From Planctomycetota bacterium (GTDB lineage: Bacteria; Planctomycetota; GCA-002687715; CAIWVZ01), in the NCBI GenBank assembly GCA_044222185.1, contig JBGANV010000002.1:320001-384000 (forward strand): a DNA stretch of 64,000 nucleotides. Reading direction: 5' to 3'. This document shows positions 60,108 to 64,000 of the stretch, one piece after another. A program made the translations under genes and the position numbers. Position 1 is the first letter of the stretch, and every line of letters begins with the position of its first letter. Under the pieces are notes generated by a model, which saw nothing but the letters and a program-made list of their open reading frames with translations, was not told the DNA's origin and ran no database searches.

Positions 60108-60111
<4 letters not shown>
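58693..60111 (-). CDS. cls: Cardiolipin synthase (phospholipase D family)
   Basis: Two N-terminal TMs; RNHRKLLVVD and HMKMLVVD HKD motifs; TPYFVP; GSTNMDNRSFFLNFE. Confidence 0.92.

Positions 60112-64000
<3,889 letters not shown>

Overview
High-GC bacterial chromosome segment, most likely from a diderm Planctomycetota-like lineage. This is an inference from the dnaN-DUF721-gyrB order, the Lpt/Kds locus and the types of secreted proteins. The window ends inside dnaN, so it probably lies near the origin. About 45 CDS are supported. They include a TetR / sigma-54 activator / AhpD redox module, an S9 peptidase, several secreted Ig-like proteins, two hybrid histidine kinases, pruA, a MoxR-DUF58-SpoIIM-RDD operon, a peptidase C26-NamZ fusion, sfsA, a site-2 protease-scpA-thyA-folA run, kdsD-kdsC-giant LptC/A-like-lptD, tatA, an HDOD-GGDEF plus stand-alone MshEN pair, cls, gyrB, dciA and dnaN. 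The best candidate for an undescribed system is a five-gene minus-strand operon at 18878-25549. It encodes a Sec-exported 16-cysteine precursor with a double-glycine-like pro-leader, a carboxypeptidase-regulatory-like protein, an exported C39 peptidase fused via an internal lipoprotein signal to DUF1573/Ig domains, a membrane-tailed hypothetical protein and a MauE-thioredoxin fusion. Together these suggest a periplasmic maturation pathway for a disulfide-rich protein with no ABC transporter. No tRNA, rRNA, CRISPR array or transposase was seen. Family calls come from motif recognition by eye, not database searches.
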